DNA of 38,298 nt from an uncultured bacterium (lineage in GTDB: Bacteria; Patescibacteriota; Minisyncoccia; Phycocordibacterales; UBA9973). Positions 34,243 through 38,298 of the stretch are shown in pieces. Made by a program: the position numbers and the translations under genes. The notes beneath the pieces are model-generated. The model saw only the letters and a program-made list of their open reading frames with translations. It had not been told where the DNA came from and searched no databases. Position 1 is the stretch's first letter. Every line of letters starts with the position of its first letter. The stretch covers positions 1 to 38,298 of the forward strand of contig CAILJY010000053.1 of assembly GCA_903834665.1 (NCBI GenBank), given 5' to 3'.

Positions 34243-34352
34243 TAGTTACTAGTACCTAGTGACTAGGGGCTAGTAGAATTATTTATAATAAATTTTTAAT
34301 AAAATGACCTTTTGTGTTCTATTACTAATCACTAGTAGCTAGAACCTAGAAA

Positions 34353-35531
34353 CTAATTTGTCCCATCATCAACGATGCCATCATCCAGTATATCATCACT
34401 TGCGATAACTTCACCAGTTGGAGTACCATTTGCTTCTACACTTTTTATATCAATTCTCCATCCTGTAAGTTTCGCAGCTAAGCGTACATTTTGTCCACCT
34501 TTTCCGATAGCAAGAGAAAGTTGATCATTGGCTACTTCAACAACAGCTTTATGTTCATTTTCATTTACATTAATACTTAAAACATTTGCAGGAGAAATTG
34601 CACTTGCGATATACGTTGCAGGGTCTGGAGACCATGGAATGATATCAATTTTTTCGCCATTTAATTCACTCATAACCGTAGTGACTCTAACTCCTTTTTG
34701 TCCGACACATGATCCTACTGGATCAACATGTTCGTCGTTTGAAAAGACCGCAATTTTTGAACGGCTTCCAGCTTCACGCGCAATTGATTTTATTTCTACG
34801 GTTCCACTTGCTATCTCTGGAGCTTCCATAGCGAAAAGTCCTTCAATGAGTTCAGGATGAGTACGAGAAAGTTTAAGATTTACTCCACGAGGAGTTTCTT
34901 CTACTTGGTATAGATAAGCACGGATTCTATCTCCTCTTTTATAAAATTCTCCAGGAATTTGTTCTTCATGAAGAATGATTCCAGTTGCACGATTGAAGTC
35001 GATATAAACTATTCCTCTTTCAACTTTTGAAACGAAACCATTTATTATTTCTCCTTCTTTATTTCCATATTCATCAATGATAGCGCCACGTTCTGCTTCG
35101 CGAATCTTTTGAATAATAACTTGTTTAGCTGTTTGAGCTGCAATACGGCCGTAGTCATCTTTATTTTCAAGAGGGAAAATTAATTCTTCTCCTGCTATCG
35201 CATCACTTTTTATTTTTTTAGCATCTTCTATTAAGATATGATGTTCTTCGTTGAAACGGACTCTCTCATCGTCTTCAGATATTTCTTCTTCTTCGTCTTC
35301 ATTCGTCATTCTGACTAAAGTATCATCTACCACTATTTTGACTTGGTTGAATTCCATTTCTCCAGTTTCAATATCAATTTTCGCACGGATTATTTGACCT
35401 TTTTTACCGTAATCTTTTTTATAAGCAGCAGCAAGTGCTTGCTCTATTGCATCAATGATTTTCTCACGAGGAATTTTTCTTTCCTGCTCTAGTTGCTCTA
35501 GGGCTGACTTCATTGTTTTTAAATCTAACAT
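34353..35531 (-). CDS. nusA: transcription termination/antitermination factor NusA
   Basis: N-terminal NusA domain, S1 domain (GEIINGFVSKVERG), and two KH domains (CVGQKGVRV, AIGKGGQNVRLA). Confidence 0.95.
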   Translation of the reverse strand: MLDLKTMKSALEQLEQERKIPREKIIDAIEQALAAAYKKDYGKKGQIIRAKIDIETGEMEFNQVKIVVDDTLVRMTNEDEEEEISEDDERVRFNEEHHILIEDAKKIKSDAIAGEELIFPLENKDDYGRIAAQTAKQVIIQKIREAERGAIIDEYGNKEGEIINGFVSKVERGIVYIDFNRATGIILHEEQIPGEFYKRGDRIRAYLYQVEETPRGVNLKLSRTHPELIEGLFAMEAPEIASGTVEIKSIAREAGSRSKIAVFSNDEHVDPVGSCVGQKGVRVTTVMSELNGEKIDIIPWSPDPATYIASAISPANVLSINVNENEHKAVVEVANDQLSLAIGKGGQNVRLAAKLTGWRIDIKSVEANGTPTGEVIASDDILDDGIVDDGTN

Positions 35532-35696
35532 ATAATTGATTACGAATTAATAATTACTTATAAATAATTAAAATTCGTTTTTTATTAAATTTTACTTAAC
35601 TATTAAATTGTTTTCTAAAAATAAAAGCCCGGTTCGAAGACGGACTTATACTTTTAAATGTTATCAGAAAACATTTTTTAGGTCAAATCCAAATTA

Positions 35697-35768
35697 TTAA
35701 GATTTTAGGAAATCGGACTTACTAAAATCTTAATATAATCAATTGTTGGAAGTCGGACTTCCAACAAT
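35697..35768. repeat. two REP-type palindromes upstream of the RAYT gene
   Basis: TTAAGATTTTAG-GAAATCGGACTTA-CTAAAATCTTAA (35697-35733) and ATTGTTGGAAGTC-G-GACTTCCAACAAT (35742-35768). Confidence 0.75.
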
Positions 35769-35793
35769 AAATAATATTTGATATAATAATTAT

Positions 35794-36543
35794 ATGTCAA
35801 TTAGAAAGTCAAAACTAGCTATAAATGAGATTTATCATATATATAATCGTGGAGTAGATAAACGTGATATTTTTATGGAAGACAGTGATCGCCTTCGTTT
35901 TATTCATGATTTATATGAATTTAATGATAAAAATCCAGCAATTAATATAAATAATTTAATTAGTCGATCCAACCTTACACAAACAAAAAATAAATTGTTG
36001 GAAGTCGGACTTCCAACAATTTTGAGAGAGATGAAGAGCCAAAGGGAGATTTTGGTAGAAATATTGGCTTTTTGCATGATGGATAATCATTTTCATATGC
36101 TTGTGAGACAAAAAGAAGAGAATGGGATAACTAATTTTATGAGGAAACTTGGGACGGGTTATACTAATTATTTTAATAAAAAATATGAAAGAAATGGAGC
36201 TTTGTTTCAGGGGAGATTTAAATCAGTTCATATAGAAAATGAGAGTCATCTTATGTATTTACCTATATATATTCACTTAAATCCACTAGATTTTGATTTT
36301 AAAGAGTGGAGAAATGGTAAAATCGAGAATCCTACAGGAGCTATAAATTTTTTGAATAATTATAGATGGAGTAGCTATATGGATTATACTGGGAAAAAGA
36401 ATTTTCCATCGTTGATAAATAAGGATTTTTTGTTAAATAGGCTTGGAAATGAAGAGAATTTCACGAAAGAAATAACAGATTGGGTTGGCTCACCTAAGGT
36501 GGAGATAAAAGAGTCTTTGTCAGAGAATATTACTTTTGAATAA
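35794..36543 (+). CDS. REP-associated tyrosine transposase (RAYT; IS200/IS605-like Y1 HUH transposase)
   Basis: HUH motif in MMDNHFHMLV (CAT TTT CAT at 36088-36096), then FQGRF, YIHLNP, and the catalytic Tyr region YRWSSY. REP palindromes flank it on both sides. Confidence 0.8.
   Translation: MSIRKSKLAINEIYHIYNRGVDKRDIFMEDSDRLRFIHDLYEFNDKNPAININNLISRSNLTQTKNKLLEVGLPTILREMKSQREILVEILAFCMMDNHFHMLVRQKEENGITNFMRKLGTGYTNYFNKKYERNGALFQGRFKSVHIENESHLMYLPIYIHLNPLDFDFKEWRNGKIENPTGAINFLNNYRWSSYMDYTGKKNFPSLINKDFLLNRLGNEENFTKEITDWVGSPKVEIKESLSENITFE
35993..36023. repeat. REP palindrome located in-frame inside the RAYT coding sequence
   Basis: AAATTGTTGGAAGTC-G-GACTTCCAACAATTT is a perfect 15-bp-arm palindrome. 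It is translated as KLLEVGLPTI within the ORF. Confidence 0.8.
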
Positions 36544-36580
36544 TAAAATTAGTTGAATATATTCATATAAAATATGATAA

Positions 36581-36739
36581 ATATCAAAATTGTTGGAAGT
36601 CCGACTTCCAACAATTTTGATATTTATTTTTTTAGGGATGGTGGAGAATAAGTAAAATTCTGCGAAATTGGAATTTATGGAAATAAATAATACGTAAAAT
36701 TTTTAGATTTGAGTACTGTTGGAAGTCCGACTTCCAACA
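36581..36739. repeat. two REP palindromes downstream of RAYT, in opposite orientation
   Basis: A 43-bp perfect palindrome ATATCAAAATTGTTGGAAGTC-C-GACTTCCAACAATTTTGATAT (36581-36623) and TGTTGGAAGTC-C-GACTTCCAACA (36717-36739). The central base is C rather than G, which indicates an inverted orientation relative to the upstream copies. Confidence 0.75.
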
Positions 36740-36787
36740 ATAATGGAGGGGGAAGAGGGGTAGGGATGGATTGGGGTAAAAAAATAG

Positions 36788-37005
36788 GTGGGGTGCAAAT
36801 TGGGGGTGTGAGGTAGGAGGAGGGACATAAAAAAAGTGGGGTGCAAATTGGGGATGTGAGGTAGGAGGAGGGACATAAAAAAAGTGGGGGGGGTAAATTG
36901 GATTTGAATAAAAACAGATAGGGGGGGGTAAATTGGATTTGAATAAAAATAGATAAAAAAAAGGGGGGGTAAAATTAGGCATAAATAAAAACAGATGAGA
37001 AGGAG
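36788..37005. repeat. composite G-tract/A-tract tandem repeats
   Basis: A 48-bp unit GTGGGGTGCAAATTGGGG(G/A)TGTGAGGTAGGAGGAGGGACATAAAAAAA occurs twice (36788, 36836). A 35-bp unit GGGGGGGGTAAATTGGATTTGAATAAAAA(C/T)AGATA occurs twice (36886, 36921), plus a degenerate third copy. It contains G8, G8 and G7 runs. Confidence 0.8.
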
Positions 37006-37188
37006 GAGAAGAATCGAGTGGGGATAAAAAGTGGATAACTCGGTGTGTTTTTATTGACAAATGAAAAGATTAGTTAGATAATTGGTATAAATACAAATTG
37101 TGTGGGTTTATTGGCTTTATCTGTCTCTTTTAGATAAAGTTTTACGAACCCTTTGATAAAAAAACAAAAATAAATAAAACAAAACACC

Positions 37189-38133
37189 ATGAAAAAGGTT
37201 AGTATTTTCTATTGTCTTTTTCTGTACCTGGTGTTATTAATCATACCAGGATGTGGAAAAGACCCTATTGAGCCTATTACTCCTGTAGAGGAGTTGAGCT
37301 TAAGGGTTCAAGCAATGCCGAATATCCTGGATTCTCCGGGATTGAAAGCAGTTATTGAAATAACCGCGGTCGCTGACTCAACAGTCTCCGATCTTCCTGG
37401 AGCTACATTTATAAGTGGCTCGTTTACCAAAACGGTGGAAACACCTAAATTGGGTCAAACAACAACTTTTCGTTTTAGATCATATCTCGACGGAGAGGTT
37501 GCTTATAATAATGTCACCATCCATGTTCTTGGTGTGCCTAGTCCGCCTAACCCAACCCTAACTCTGACTTCATCGGTATCTATACTTCCTATTGGTGGAG
37601 GTGAAGTTACTATAACTATTATTACAACGAGTGCAGATTCTGTCTTTTCATTTTTTGATGGGAAGAAACTTCTGCCAAATTGTAATGAAACTTATATTAT
37701 CGACACCACCACTACTTTCACTTACGAGGCTTACGGACCCGGAGGTAAAATAAAGAAAGATACTATCGTTGTGGTTGAAGAACCTTTAACTATAGCCCAA
37801 CTTCTTTTTTTAGCCTCATTGAAAATAGTGAAATTAGAGTTTAAATTGGTTGATGGCGATTGGTATGAAGGGGATATTGGATGTAGGTCTGATGATAAAC
37901 TCACTTTTTATATTGAACCTCAAACAGTTACAGAGGATTATGGTGAAATAAAATGTGGAGGTAGTACACAAGATTCAGCCTCATTTCCTTGGGTGCTTGA
38001 TGGTTATTTTATTAGTATAGGTGATCCAAGAGGAATAATTAGAGAGATTACTTTTATTTCCAATGACACTCTTGTATGGATCTACTGCTTCAGTGACGGG
38101 GTTTGTACAAGAGAAACCTTTGTTCACCCATAA
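37189..38133 (+). CDS. putative lipoprotein, GC-elevated
   Basis: Signal peptide with a lipobox-like LIIPGC (Cys22). A sampled line gives about 45% GC. Thr/Val-rich beta-type sequence. Confidence 0.6.
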   Translation: MKKVSIFYCLFLYLVLLIIPGCGKDPIEPITPVEELSLRVQAMPNILDSPGLKAVIEITAVADSTVSDLPGATFISGSFTKTVETPKLGQTTTFRFRSYLDGEVAYNNVTIHVLGVPSPPNPTLTLTSSVSILPIGGGEVTITIITTSADSVFSFFDGKKLLPNCNETYIIDTTTTFTYEAYGPGGKIKKDTIVVVEEPLTIAQLLFLASLKIVKLEFKLVDGDWYEGDIGCRSDDKLTFYIEPQTVTEDYGEIKCGGSTQDSASFPWVLDGYFISIGDPRGIIREITFISNDTLVWIYCFSDGVCTRETFVHP

Positions 38134-38170
38134 TATTATTTATTTTTGTTCTGAGGGACAAATAAAAAAA

Positions 38171-38190
38171 CCACTTACTTAGGTAAGTGG
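38171..38190 (+). terminator. intrinsic terminator
   Basis: CCACTTAC-TTAG-GTAAGTGG followed by a T-run. Confidence 0.75.
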
Positions 38191-38298
38191 TATTTTTATT
38201 TTTATGGTATAAATATTTTATTATTTATGGTATAATTTTATTATTAAAATTGAGTTTTATTATTATTAATTTGTTATTAATATGAATCTATTTAAAAA

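Noticed and set aside
36788-37005. Possible CRISPR array.
   Set aside because: The repeat units are directly tandem, with no unique spacers of constant length, no cas genes and no leader. This is tandem-repeat DNA, not CRISPR.
36632-37060. 142-aa Pro/Phe-rich minus-strand ORF.
   Set aside because: It is the translation of G-tract tandem repeats (PPPTSHPQFAPHFFYV repeated). There is no start context. A repeat artefact is more parsimonious, although a repetitive surface protein cannot be fully excluded.

Overview
This is an AT-rich, tightly packed bacterial chromosome segment. Hand-counted 60-nt lines give roughly 22-30% GC in the backbone. It carries mostly housekeeping genes: pnp, rpsO, a Xer recombinase, xth, cca, HU, RNase Y, clpP, a PPIase-less trigger factor, membrane pyrophosphatase and nusA. 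It also has a Fur-family/ZIP metal pair, four intact tRNAs, and several lineage-specific Lys/Glu/Asn-rich hypothetical proteins. The gene content and style fit a reduced-genome bacterium such as a CPR/Patescibacteria-like organism, but that cannot be proven from this window.

The outstanding feature is a GC-elevated island at about 23.3-28.6 kb (sampled lines 42-55% GC), lying between a TrmB-like regulator and clpP. It encodes a co-directional four-gene cassette:
- a 375-aa protein whose C-terminus carries a UBC/E2-type active-site signature (HPHVQGDGTPCL, same spacing as eukaryotic HPN-x4-G-x2-CL), behind an unknown N-domain and a coiled coil
- a JAB/JAMM isopeptidase with a complete E...HxHx7Sx2D motif
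- a minimal ThiF/E1-like adenylyltransferase, overlapping the JAB gene by 16 nt
- a tandem double beta-grasp (ubiquitin-like) protein with a non-canonical C-terminus

A consensus sigma70 promoter precedes the cassette, followed by about 1 kb of ORF-poor, GGAGAGAG-motif-rich leader. Short sequence modules shared in inverted orientation bracket it.

Other notable structure:
- a RAYT (IS200-like Y1 transposase) with REP palindromes around it and one REP in-frame inside its own ORF
- two further small palindromic element families inserted in-frame into cca and xth
- a mirror-image pair of degenerate tRNA-like 'shadow' elements behind tRNA-Gly(TCC) and tRNA-Pro
- G8-tract tandem repeats upstream of a GC-elevated lipoprotein gene

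No rRNA, CRISPR array or prophage-type integrase next to the island was seen.
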